Positions 1 through 9,639 of a DNA stretch of 64,000 nt are shown here, in pieces. Each line of letters opens with the position of its first letter. Position 1 is the first letter of the stretch. Position numbers and translations under genes: made by a program. The DNA is taken from assembly GCA_014905635.1 (NCBI GenBank), contig JABVCE010000015.1:310001-374000 (forward strand), given 5' to 3'. Under the pieces are notes generated by a model. That model saw only the letters and a list, made by a program, of their open reading frames with translations. It ran no database searches and was not told the DNA's origin. This DNA comes from Scenedesmus sp. PABB004. Taxonomy: Eukaryota.

Positions 1-894
1 CGCGTCGGCCGCGGGCGGCGCGGCGGCCGCGACGGCGGCCTCCGCCGCGGGGGCCGCCGCCGCCTCGCCGTCCTCGACCTCCGCCGGCGCGGGCGGCGCC
101 GGCACCGGCAGCGTGCCCGGCAGCACCTCGTGCGCGCCGCCCTCCCAGCCGTCGCGGACAGTCAGCTCGACTGCGCCCGCAGCGGCGGGCGCGCACAGCT
201 CCAGGTTGTCGGTCGGCTGCCACGCCCGCACCTGCGCGCGGCGCGCGGCGCCCGCTCGACGGCGCGCTCGCCGCCAAAGCCGCGGCTCGCCTTGGCCGCG
301 GCGCGCTGCCGGTGCGTGGCTCGCTGCCCGCGCCGCCGCTGAGCCGCCCACCTCCTTGACCTCAGCCTCGCCGGCGCGCACGATGTACTTGTACTCGAAG
401 CGCGCCCTGGCGGCGGCGGCGGCGGCGGCGCGGCGACGGCGGCGGCGGCGGCGGCAGCGGCGGCGCGGGGCGAGGCGGCGCGGCGCGGCGCGGCGTGGGC
501 TCGGCCCGCAGGACGCGCGCGCGCGCCGCGCGCACGGACGCGTGTGACACGCGCGCGCCGCGCACCCCGCGGGCAGCTCCGCCTCGGCGGTCCAGACGTC
601 GCCCTCGTTCCACGCCATCGGCACGCAGGCGTCGACGTTCCAGCTGCCGAGCGCGTCGGCCTCGCCCACGAGGCAGACGTCCTCGCCCCACTCGACGTGC
701 TTGGGCAGCTGGAAGGTCACCTTGGCCTTGGCGGCGGGCGGCGCGTCGCCGGCGTCGAGGGACGGCTCCGCGTCGGGGCGCTCCTCGGGCTGGAAGCGCG
801 CCGGCGGCGCCAGCCGCGCCGGCGCGCGCCGCGCCGGGCGCGGGCCGAGCAGCGCGGCGGCGCCGCCCGAGCGGGCGAGGAGCAGGTTGGCCAT
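1..894 (-). CDS. CBM20 starch-binding domain protein, probably plastid-targeted; 3' end runs out of the window
   Basis: ATG at 894; exons 894-566, 406-352, 231-<1 joined by GT-AG introns. Spliced product KVTFQLPKHVEWGEDVCLVGEADALGSWNV..MAWNEGDVWTAEAELPAGARFEYKYIV..WQPTDN matches the CBM20 pattern. The Ala/Arg/Pro-rich N-terminus resembles a transit peptide. Confidence 0.88.
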   Translation of the reverse strand, partial: MANLLLARSGGAAALLGPRPARRAPARLAPPARFQPEERPDAEPSLDAGDAPPAAKAKVTFQLPKHVEWGEDVCLVGEADALGSWNVDACVPMAWNEGDVWTAEAELPAGCAARACHTRPCARRARASCGPSPRRAAPRRLAPRRRCRRRRRRRRAAAAAAARARFEYKYIVRAGEAEVKEVGGSAAARAASHAPAARRGQGEPRLWRRARRRAGAARRAQVRAWQPTDNLELCAPAAAGAVELTVRDGWEGGAHEVLPGTLPVPAPPAPAEVEDGEAAAAPAAEAAVAAAAPPAADA

Positions 895-1391
895 GGCTGC
901 TGGGAGGGCCTGGCGGTGGCGGGCGGTGGCGGGCGGTGGGCCCCCAGATGCGTGCGCCCCGCAGCAACGCGGCGCCTGATCGGGCCCGCGGCAATCGCCG
1001 TGACCGCCCGACACCGCACTGGAGAGCCCCAGCGGGCAGCGGTCGGCGCCGGCGGCCCCAGCGCGCTGCGCCGGTGCGGCCGGGGCGAGCTGCCCGGCGC
1101 TCCGGGGCCCAGTGGCCTTGCGGCCGCCGCGCGGCGGCTGTCCCGGCGTCCCACGATTGCCGGGAGCACGACCGTAGCGAGCCGCAGGCAGCCGAGTGCG
1201 CACCTGCGAAAGGGCCAACTTGCTGTTGTCGGGCCGGGCGATCGACGCGTCCGACCTGCGTGGGCGAGGTGAGCTGGCCTGCTGCGGTCTGGACGTCGCG
1301 GGCCGCGCAGCAGCCGGCGGGCGGCGCGGCGGCGCTGGTTGACGAGCGGCGGTTGAGCCGCTCAGCAGCCGGCGGGCGGCGCCGCGACGGC

Positions 1392-3806
1392 TCACGCGGC
1401 GCCGCCGCCGCCGACGCCGCCGCCGCCCAGCAGCAGCACGTCCGGGCCGCCGCCGCCGCCGCCGCCCCACGCGGCCGCGAGCACGCCGCCCGCGCCCTCG
1501 GCGCCCGCCGCGCACGCGGGCTCGTCGCCCGCGTCCCGCGGCGGCAGCAGGCCGGCGGTGCACACGAGCAGCTGCGGCCGCGCCGGCGCGCCCACGCACT
1601 CGGCCGCGAGCCGCGCGGCCTGGCGCGGCTCGCCGGGCGCCCAGCGGCGCAGCCGCACGCGCTCGCACACGATGCCCGGCTCGGCCGCCGCCAGCGCGGC
1701 GGCAAAGCCGGCCTCGTACGCGGCGCCGCCGCCGGCGGGGCCCGGCATGACCGCGGTCGCCCGTGCCGCGCCGCGCCACACCGCCACGGCCGCGAGCAGC
1801 GCGGCCGCGGCGCCGGCCGCGGCGAGCGCGCCCGCGCCCGTGCCGCCCGCTCCGCCGAGGCCGCGCGCCGCGGCGGCGGGCGGCGCGGCCGGCGCCGGCA
1901 GCAGCAGCGCCGCGCGGCCGCGGCGCTCGCCGCCCAGCGCGAGCCAGGGCGGCAGCAGCAGCGCGCGCCGCCCCAGCAGCTGCAGCGGTGCGGCGCCCGC
2001 CAGCAGCTCGTCCAGCGCCGCCGCGAGCGCCGCCGCGGGGGCGGGGCAGGCGCCGCCGCCGCCAGCGCCGCCGCCGGGCACGCGCCACGTGCGGCCGGCG
2101 CACGCGACCTCGTGCCACTGCTGCGCCAGCGGCGGCTCCGGCCCCGGGTCTGGCCGCTGCCGCTGCCGCTCCAGCTGCGCCAGCTCCTGCTGCCGCTGCG
2201 CGGCCCCCGCCGGCGCCGGCGCGCGCCCGCCCTGCGCCGCCGCGCCTGCCGCCGCGTGCGCGCCCCCGTTTGCGTGAGGCGCCGCGGCGGCGGCAGCGGC
2301 CTCGCCCGGGGCATACCTGAACACCGCCTGCACCCAGCGGCGCGGCATGCGCACGCGCGTCTTGCGATTCTCAACCACGCGCGCGTGCACCAGGCTCGCC
2401 TCGCACACAAAGCCGGCGGCCGCAAACAGCGCGGCGAGGCCCTCCTGCGGCGCGGCGGCGGCGGCGGCGGCGTGTACGCGTGCACGTGCGCTCCGTCCCT
2501 CGCGCGCCAACGGCACGCCACCTCCCCGCCGCGCCCCCGCCCTGCCCACGCCCCGGGCGCGCCTGGGTGTAGTAGTAGCAGCAGGTGCCGTCGCCGCGCG
2601 CGTAAAAGCCGGGGCTGATGAACCGCGCGCCGCCGCTGTGGCCGTCGAGGCGCGCTTGCGCGAGGTCGCCGGCCGCATAGTCTCGGAACAGCACGCGCCC
2701 GGTGCCGGGCCGCAGCACCGACGCCACGTTGGACAGCGCCTGCCGCGGGCGCGGCGACGCGCGCGGGCGCGGGCGCGGGCGCGGCGGGCGTGCGTGGGCG
2801 TGAGCTGAGGGCGCGGGCGCGGCGCAGGCCGCGGCAGTCAGCGGGCGGGCCCCGGCGCGGCGCGGCGCGGCGCGGCGCGGCGCGGCGCGGCGCGGCGCGG
2901 CGCGGCGCGGCGCGGCGGTCACCGCGGGCATGGCCTCCGGCGCGACGGCCGAGAGCACAAAGACCATGACGGCAAAGTCGACGCGCGTCCCGGGCGGCAG
3001 CAGGCGCGGCAGCGGGTCGCGCGTGACGTCGCACACAAACGCGGCGAGCCGGCCCGCGGCCGCCTGCGCGCCGCCGACGGCGGCGGCGGCGGCGGCGGCG
3101 GCAGCGGCGGGGCGTGGGCGGCCGCGGCGGCGGCGCGGCGGCGGCGCGCCGCCCCGTCCCCCGCGCCGCGCGCCGCGCGCCGCGCGGGGCGCACCGCCGC
3201 GTCGTGCGCCGGGTGCGCGCGCACGATCGCGACCGCGGACGGCGAGAAGTCGCAGGCAAGGACCGCGAGGCGGGGGTTGAGGTCGAGCAGCGGGAACACC
3301 GTGTTGCCCGCGCCGCAGCCGACCTGCGCGGCGGTCGCGCGCGGCGGCGGCGGCGGCGGCCGTGCGCGGACGAGGCGCGCTGTGCGTGGCGCCGCCGTGC
3401 GCGACGATGGCGCCGCGCCGCACCTCGAGCACCGTGAGCTCGCCCTCCGCGAGCTGCGGCCACTCCTTGTCCAGATAGTGCCGGTCGCGGAAGAAGCGGT
3501 CGGCGTTGCGCCTGCAGCGCGACGGCGCGGCGCGGCGATTGAGCGCGCCGCGCTCGAGCTGCCGCCAGGTGCCCCCCGCGGTGGCGCACGGCGCGCCCTC
3601 TGCCCAGCGCCGCACTTGTAGAAGGCCTCCCAGTAGCGCCCCGCCTCGCGCTCGAACTGGGCTGCGCGCGGGCCAGGCAGCAGCGGTGCCGGCCGGCTGA
3701 GCGGCGGCCCCCTGCAGCGCGCGCGCGGCAGCGGCTCCCGGGTCGCACCCGCTAGCTCCGGCGGCACCTCGTCCTCCGGCACGGCGGGCTGGCTGTAGAG
3801 GCGCAT
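1392..3806 (-). CDS. METTL6: METTL2/6 (Trm140)-like tRNA m3C methyltransferase with long C-terminal extension; 7 exons
   Basis: Spliced motifs YWEAFYK/RNADRFFRDRHYL, VLE/VGCGAGNTVFPLL, ACDFS, FVLSAV, VLFRDYAAGDLAQ, FYARGDGTCCYYY and VENRK..RRWVQAVF. Last intron has a GC donor at 2562. Confidence 0.88.
2855..2917. repeat. (CGCGG)n pentanucleotide array in a METTL6 intron
   Basis: About 12 perfect cgcgg units are directly visible. Confidence 0.9.
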
Positions 3807-4047
3807 GGCGGCGACGCGGCGGCCGCCCGGAGGCAGCGGCTGGCGGCCGTGCGGCTGCGGCGCCCCTCGCGCCGGCAGGCCGAGAGGGCGGCCGTCTGAG
3901 CGACACGGGGACGAGTGTGCGTTGCTCGCAGGGCGAGCGGGGCGCCGCCGCCGCGCGGCGCCCCGGGACCGCCGCGGTGCAGACCGCAGCGGCGGTCCAG
4001 CCGCCCGCGACACCGGCCTCCACAGCCGCGCGCGGCAGCACTGAGCT

Positions 4048-4906
4048 GGCGGCGATCGGCGCTGCAGCCAGCGCTGCTGCGCGCGCGGCGGCTGCGGCGG
4101 CGCGCGGCGCGCGCGCCTCCGCCCAACCTGCGGCGTGACGCAGCCTTGCAGCTCCAGCAGCTCCGACACGTCCGGCAGGCTCGTGACCACGCTCGTGCAC
4201 GGCAGCGCGCCCGGCAGAGAGCGCAGCCAGGCGACCGCCTCCGCCGCGTGCACGGTGCGGGGCGGCGCCGCCGAGTCCATTACCGCTGGTGCTGCAGGCG
4301 CGCCGCTGGGGCGCCGCTGGTGCTGGGCGCCGCCCGCGGCAGCACTGAGCTGGCGGCGGGTTCGCCAGCCGTCGCGGCGGCGGCCGCGGCTCGCCGGTCC
4401 GCCGGGCGGTGTGCGCCGCACCCGCGCGCACGGTGCGCGCGCGCGCGCCGCGACCACCCCGCCTCGCAGGGCCGCGGCCCTGCGCCGCGTCGCGTCAGCG
4501 TTGCGCCGCGCCGCCGGAAGCGCGGCAGCTCACACTCCAACTCACACACCGCCGCCGCGCCTCCCACACCCACGCCGCGGCCAGCACACAGCACACAGCG
4601 CCCCGCCACGACGCGCGCGCGTGCCGGCGGCCCCGCTGCAGAGCAAACCCCATCGCTGCTCGCGGCGCACGTGCATTCGCGCGCCCCCCGCTTGCGCGCC
4701 AGCCCTCCGCGGCACGGCGCGGCCCTCGCCCCTCCGCCGCGCGCCGCCTCGCGGCTCCAGCCCCCTGCCGCGCGCGCCCGGCCAGCCGCGGAGCTGGCGC
4801 CGATGCTCGGCGCGGCGTGCGGCGCGCCCGCCCTCGCCCGGCGCGGCGCGCCCCGGGATGCGAGTCCCCTGAGCGCCCCCTCGGCGCGGCGCGGGGCGCT
4901 GCGGAG
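4048..4906. repeat. Copy 1 of an 859-bp direct duplication (copy 2 at 5959-6817). Carries a truncated methyltransferase exon 1 (ATG 4280, minus) and a truncated thioredoxin 5' end (ATG 4803, plus)
   Basis: Constant offset of 1911 bp; the only mismatch I found is 4146 T vs 6057 G. Confidence 0.93.
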
Positions 4907-4910
4907 GGCC

Positions 4911-6191
4911 TCAGCCTGGCTCGGACGGCGGCTCTGCGACCAGCTGCGGCTGCTCCAGCGGCGGCGGCAGCTCGTGCGGCGAGCCTGGCTGCTCCGGCAG
5001 CGGCTGCTGCTCCTGCTCCGGCAGCTGCTGCTCCTGCTCCGGCGGCTGCTCCGGCGGCTGCTCCGCCCGCCCCGCCTGCGCTGCTCGCCCCTGGCCACGC
5101 CCCGCGCCGCCGCGGCCGCCACGCACGAGCGACACCGCCCCGCCCGGCCCCACGGCCGCGCGCAGCGCGCGCGCGCGCGCCGCGCGCTTTGGGCTCAGCT
5201 CCACGCCGACCGCGGCGAGGCCGCACGCATTGGCGACCGCGAGCACGGTGCCGTGGCCGCAAAAGGGGTCCAGGACCACGCGGCTGCCCGTCGCGCGCGC
5301 CACAAAGCGCACCGCGGCCGCCGCAGCGGCCACGCCCGTCCCGCGCGCCCACGCTGCCTCGCCGGCGGCGGGCAGCACGTCGCTGGGCGGGCTGCACGCC
5401 CCGGGCGCCAGCCGCACGCCGCGCGAGAAGCAGAGCATGTGCTGGAAGCCGGGGCTGCTGAACGTCGGCGTGCCTGCGCGGCGGCGGCGGCATGTGGCAT
5501 GCGTGGCACCGGCGCGCGGCTGCCAGCGAGTCCGCGCGCGCTCTTGGCGCACCTGGCGGCACGCGGCAGACGAGCTTGTGCCACAGCAGCGCGACGCCGG
5601 GCTCCTGCTCCGCCGCGAGCTGCACAAGGAAGCCCTTGTCGATCCAAGCGCCGCCGGCCTTGATGTCTGCGCGGCGGCGCCCGGGCCCGCGCGGCGGCGA
5701 GCAGCGGTCGGCGAGCAGGCGGGCGCGCGCCGCCGTGGCTGGTCCGATCCCCCAGCCACCGACCCCGTCGTACTGCTGGGCACGCACGTGCCGCGAGCTC
5801 GTGCCGCTCGCGCGGGGTCGGCGGCGCGCGCAGCGCCTCCCCCGTGCGCACCGGTCTGCAGAAAGATCGCGACGCCGTCGTCGGGGCAGCGCTGCAGCAC
5901 GAGCCGCGCCGCGGCGATGAACCACGCCCGCCACGTCGCGAGCGCCTGCGGCGGCGGCGGCGGCGATCGGCGCTGCAGCCAGCGCTGCTGCGCGCGCGGC
6001 GGCTGCGGCGGCGCGCGGCGCGCGCGCCTCCGCCCAACCTGCGGCGTGACGCAGCCGTGCAGCTCCAGCAGCTCCGACACGTCCGGCAGGCTCGTGACCA
6101 CGCTCGTGCACGGCAGCGCGCCCGGCAGAGAGCGCAGCCAGGCGACCGCCTCCGCCGCGTGCACGGTGCGGGGCGGCGCCGCCGAGTCCAT
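4911..6191 (-). CDS. Bacterial-type SAM-dependent methyltransferase with beta-class N4/N6 DNA-MTase-like motif order; 4 exons
   Basis: Exons 6191-6039, 5945-5852, 5666-5553, 5473-4911 (GT-AG). N-terminal RTVHAAEAVAWL..SVVTSLPDV, central AIFLQTDIK..WIDKG..LLWHKLVCR, C-terminal SAM motif I VVLDPFCGHGTVLAVAN..AVGVELS. Confidence 0.82.
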   Translation of the reverse strand: MDSAAPPRTVHAAEAVAWLRSLPGALPCTSVVTSLPDVSELLELHGCVTPQVGRRRARRAPPQPPRAQQRWLQRRSPPPPPQALATWRAWFIAAARLVLQRCPDDGVAIFLQTGAHGGGAARAADPARAARARGTCVPSSTTGSVAGGSDQPRRRAPACSPTAARRRAGPGAAAQTSRPAALGSTRASLCSSRRSRSPASRCCGTSSSAACRQVRQERARTRWQPRAGATHATCRRRRAGTPTFSSPGFQHMLCFSRGVRLAPGACSPPSDVLPAAGEAAWARGTGVAAAAAAVRFVARATGSRVVLDPFCGHGTVLAVANACGLAAVGVELSPKRAARARALRAAVGPGGAVSLVRGGRGGAGRGQGRAAQAGRAEQPPEQPPEQEQQLPEQEQQPLPEQPGSPHELPPPLEQPQLVAEPPSEPG

Positions 6192-6817
6192 TACCGCTGG
6201 TGCTGCAGGCGCGCCGCTGGGGCGCCGCTGGTGCTGGGCGCCGCCCGCGGCAGCACTGAGCTGGCGGCGGGTTCGCCAGCCGTCGCGGCGGCGGCCGCGG
6301 CTCGCCGGTCCGCCGGGCGGTGTGCGCCGCACCCGCGCGCACGGTGCGCGCGCGCGCGCCGCGACCACCCCGCCTCGCAGGGCCGCGGCCCTGCGCCGCG
6401 TCGCGTCAGCGTTGCGCCGCGCCGCCGGAAGCGCGGCAGCTCACACTCCAACTCACACACCGCCGCCGCGCCTCCCACACCCACGCCGCGGCCAGCACAC
6501 AGCACACAGCGCCCCGCCACGACGCGCGCGCGTGCCGGCGGCCCCGCTGCAGAGCAAACCCCATCGCTGCTCGCGGCGCACGTGCATTCGCGCGCCCCCC
6601 GCTTGCGCGCCAGCCCTCCGCGGCACGGCGCGGCCCTCGCCCCTCCGCCGCGCGCCGCCTCGCGGCTCCAGCCCCCTGCCGCGCGCGCCCGGCCAGCCGC
6701 GGAGCTGGCGCCGATGCTCGGCGCGGCGTGCGGCGCGCCCGCCCTCGCCCGGCGCGGCGCGCCCCGGGATGCGAGTCCCCTGAGCGCCCCCTCGGCGCGG
6801 CGCGGGGCGCTGCGGAG
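5959..6817. repeat. Copy 2 (source copy) of the 859-bp duplication: divergent promoter between the methyltransferase and thioredoxin genes
   Basis: Near-identical to 4048-4906; here both flanking genes continue intact. Confidence 0.93.
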
Positions 6818-8250
6818 CTCGCGAACGGTCGCCGCGGCGCCGCCCGGCAGCGCGGTGCAGACGCTCTCCGAGGCCCCGCCGAGCCCGGCGGCGGCCCTTG
6901 CGGCCGAGAATGCAGCCAGGTGAGCAGCGGCCGCGCATTTTGGGGCGCCCGCGCGCACGCGGGCCGCGCTCACAACTCCCCGCCCCGCAGGCGCGCGGCG
7001 TACGAGGCGCAGGTCGCGGCTCAGCTGCAGGCGGAGCGCTCCGGCCTGCCCTGGTGAGGCGCGGGGCCGCGGGGCGCGCGCGATGGCGGGGGCGCGCGCG
7101 GCCAGGCTGGCGCCGGCAGCGGCCAGCGCCGGCCTGCGGGCGCCCCGGGCGAGCCGTACGCGCACGATCTGCCGCCTGGCGGCCCGCCGCGGCCCGGGGC
7201 GGCCGGCAGAGGCGGTTGGCCCCAGTCCAGGGCCTGCTGCAGCGATGCTGGCTCGGCGCCCAGATGCCAGGCCTTCCGCTGGCGGGGAGGGCCGGGCCCC
7301 GATCGGGCCCACCCCTCGGCGCGCGCCCGGCGCCGCCGGCGCGGCGGCGCTCACGCTGCGCCGCGCGCGCCGCGCTGGCCGCAGGTGGGAGGTCGACTGC
7401 CCCGCGAACATGGTGAGCGTGGCGAGCCTCGACGAGCTGCAGGCGCGCGTGGAGGGCGAGTGCGCGGCGGGGCGGCTCGTGGTCGTCAACTTCTTCGCCC
7501 CCGAGGTTCGCGCGCGACGCGAGAGGGAGCGCGCGGGGCGGCGACGGCGGCGGGCGAAGCGGCAGCGCCGCCGCTGGGGGCGCAGCGCAGCAGCCGCGCG
7601 CCGCCTCGCCGGCCGCCTCGCCGGCCGCCTCACCCGCCGCCGCCGCCGCCGCCGCGGCGCGCAGTGCTACGCGTGCAAGTCGATGCAGCCCAAGCTGCGC
7701 CAGATCGCGCGCGACAACCCCGCCGCCGTCTTCGTCAAGGTGCGCCCCTGCGCCCCACACGCCCCCGCCCGCCCCCGCGCGCCCGCCCGCCTCGCACGCC
7801 CGCGCCGCGAGCCTCACGCGCGCGCATCGCGCCTCGCGCGCCCCTCGCGCGCCGCCACCTTGCGTCCCGCGTCCGGCGCGCGCCGGCCGCAGGTCAACGG
7901 CCTCGTCGGCGACCTCCAGGCCTACTGCGAGGACATGGGCATCACCAGGATTCCCTTCTTCCACTTTTACAGGCGCGTGCAGAGCAGAGCAGGCCCTGGG
8001 TGTATAGTTTAGGGCATGGATCAGCAGCAGCAGCAGCGGCCAGCCACCGGCGGGCGCGTCGCCGACGCCGCCTGCTGACGCCGCCTGCCGACGCCCGCGC
8101 CCGCGCCCGCGCAGGGCAAACAAGCGCGTCGCCGCGTTCAGCGCCAACATGCGGCCCGAGCGCCTCGCGCTGCTCCGGGCGGAGATCCTCGCACAGACCG
8201 AGGCCGCCGCGGCGACCGCCGCGGCGGCCGCCGGCGCGGCGGCTCGCTAG
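6714..8250 (+). CDS. Plastid atypical thioredoxin (Lilium/ACHT-like), active site ECYAC; 6 exons
   Basis: Transit-peptide-like start; spliced WWEVDCPANMVSVASLDEL..LVVVNFFAPE/CYACKSMQPKLRQIARDNP..FVK/VN..IPFFHFYR. GC donor at 7973; TAG at 8248-8250. Confidence 0.85.
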
Positions 8251-9639
8251 CCAGCCGGCGCCCCGGCGAGCTGGGCGGGGCCCGTGCGGCGCCCTCCCGC
8301 GGGCAGCCGCGCGCGCGGCGCCGCCGCCGCCCGCTGCCGTTTTTTTGTCCGTGGTGCCGCGCGGCGGGGGTGCGCGCGGCACCGCTGCTAGCGACGGTGG
8401 GGGCAGTGCCTTTAGAGCAGAGCACCATCCGGCGAGGCGTGTGGCGTGAGGGTGTGCGACAGGAGGGGGCGCGCGCCGGCGGCGCGGGCGGACGCGGCGG
8501 GCCCGGCCCCCGCGCGCCGCCCGCCCGCCGCCCGCCCCGCATTGCGTTTTGCCGTGGGCGAGAGAAGAAGAGATCTCCCCCCTGCCGCCGCGGCTGCTGC
8601 CGAGGCGCCGCGGCGGCGGGGCTGCTGCGCGGGTGCTGCGCGTTTTTTTCCCGCGCGCTGCGCGCTGCGCGGCGCCGGGGCGGCCGGGCGGGCGCCCGCA
8701 ATGGGCCCCGCCCGCAGCTCGCCGCCCCGCGCCGCCGCCGCGGCGCCGGCGCAGTGCCCCGCCGCGCCGCGCCGCCGCGCCCGCCGCCCGCCGGGGCGGC
8801 GGCCGGCGGCGCGCGCACCACCACCACCAGGCGCCGGCGGCGGCGCACTGTCCGCGCCGCCCGCCGGCAAGTGGCTTCATTTGATCGAGCACCAGCGCGG
8901 GCGCGCCCGCTGCTGCTGCTCTCTGCGCTACCGCAGAGCGGGGTTGGCTGTACAAACAATCAAACAAACCAGGGTCAGCGTCCGCGGGGGGCGCCGGCCG
9001 GCCGCTCGCCGGTCGGTCGGCGCCGCGCGCTGCTGCGGGCCTCTTCGCGCGCCCGCCCGGGCCTGGCCTGGCCTGCTGCCCTCTCTGTCCTCTTGCTCAG
9101 CGGCTGAGTTGAGTTGATGTACATCACTGGGATGCTGACCCTCGCACGAGTGTGTGCACGAGCGCGTTGCGTGGGCGTCGGGCGGCGCCGCGGCGGGCTC
9201 GCTCGCTCGCCGCCGCGCGCCGTGATGCAGCTGCTGCTGCAGCTGCGCCCGCCCCACCTTGCCCACCGCCTCGCCGCCTCGCCGCCTGGAGGCGGGCCAT
9301 TGCTCGAGCGACTGCCCTCTGCTGCTTGCGTTCCGCCACCCTTGCTTTCCATTGCGCCCGTCCGGCGGCCCGGCGCGTGCGGCAGGTTGGTGGACAAGCA
9401 GCCCGCCGCCTGGCGGCCCCACTGTCATTCCTTGGCGCGGCCCTGCGCCGCCGGTAACCGCGACTCGTGCACCAGCGCGCCGCAAGGGCTCTGCAGGTTG
9501 AGCCCCGCCCGCCGCGCCCAGCCGTCGCCTGCCCACACGGCGCGGCGCACCCACACAGGCGCGTTGCCCCGCCCAGCAGCCCGCCCTCAGCACGGCCACC
9601 GCCGCCTGAGCAGCAGCAGCCGCAGCCGCAGCCGCCGCG

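Noticed and set aside
4911..6191. Restriction-modification system or bacterial contamination around the methyltransferase
   Set aside because: The gene has spliceosomal introns and host-like composition, and no endonuclease or other prokaryotic gene is adjacent.
4048..6817. LTR retroelement or composite transposon defined by the 859-bp direct repeats
   Set aside because: No TG..CA termini, target-site duplication or gag/pol/transposase; the repeats consist of host promoter and exon sequence.
8251..9639. Possible small minus-strand gene between the thioredoxin and RRP9 genes (ATG near 9353)
   Set aside because: No recognisable motif or consistent splice model; could be UTR or lncRNA and needs RNA data.
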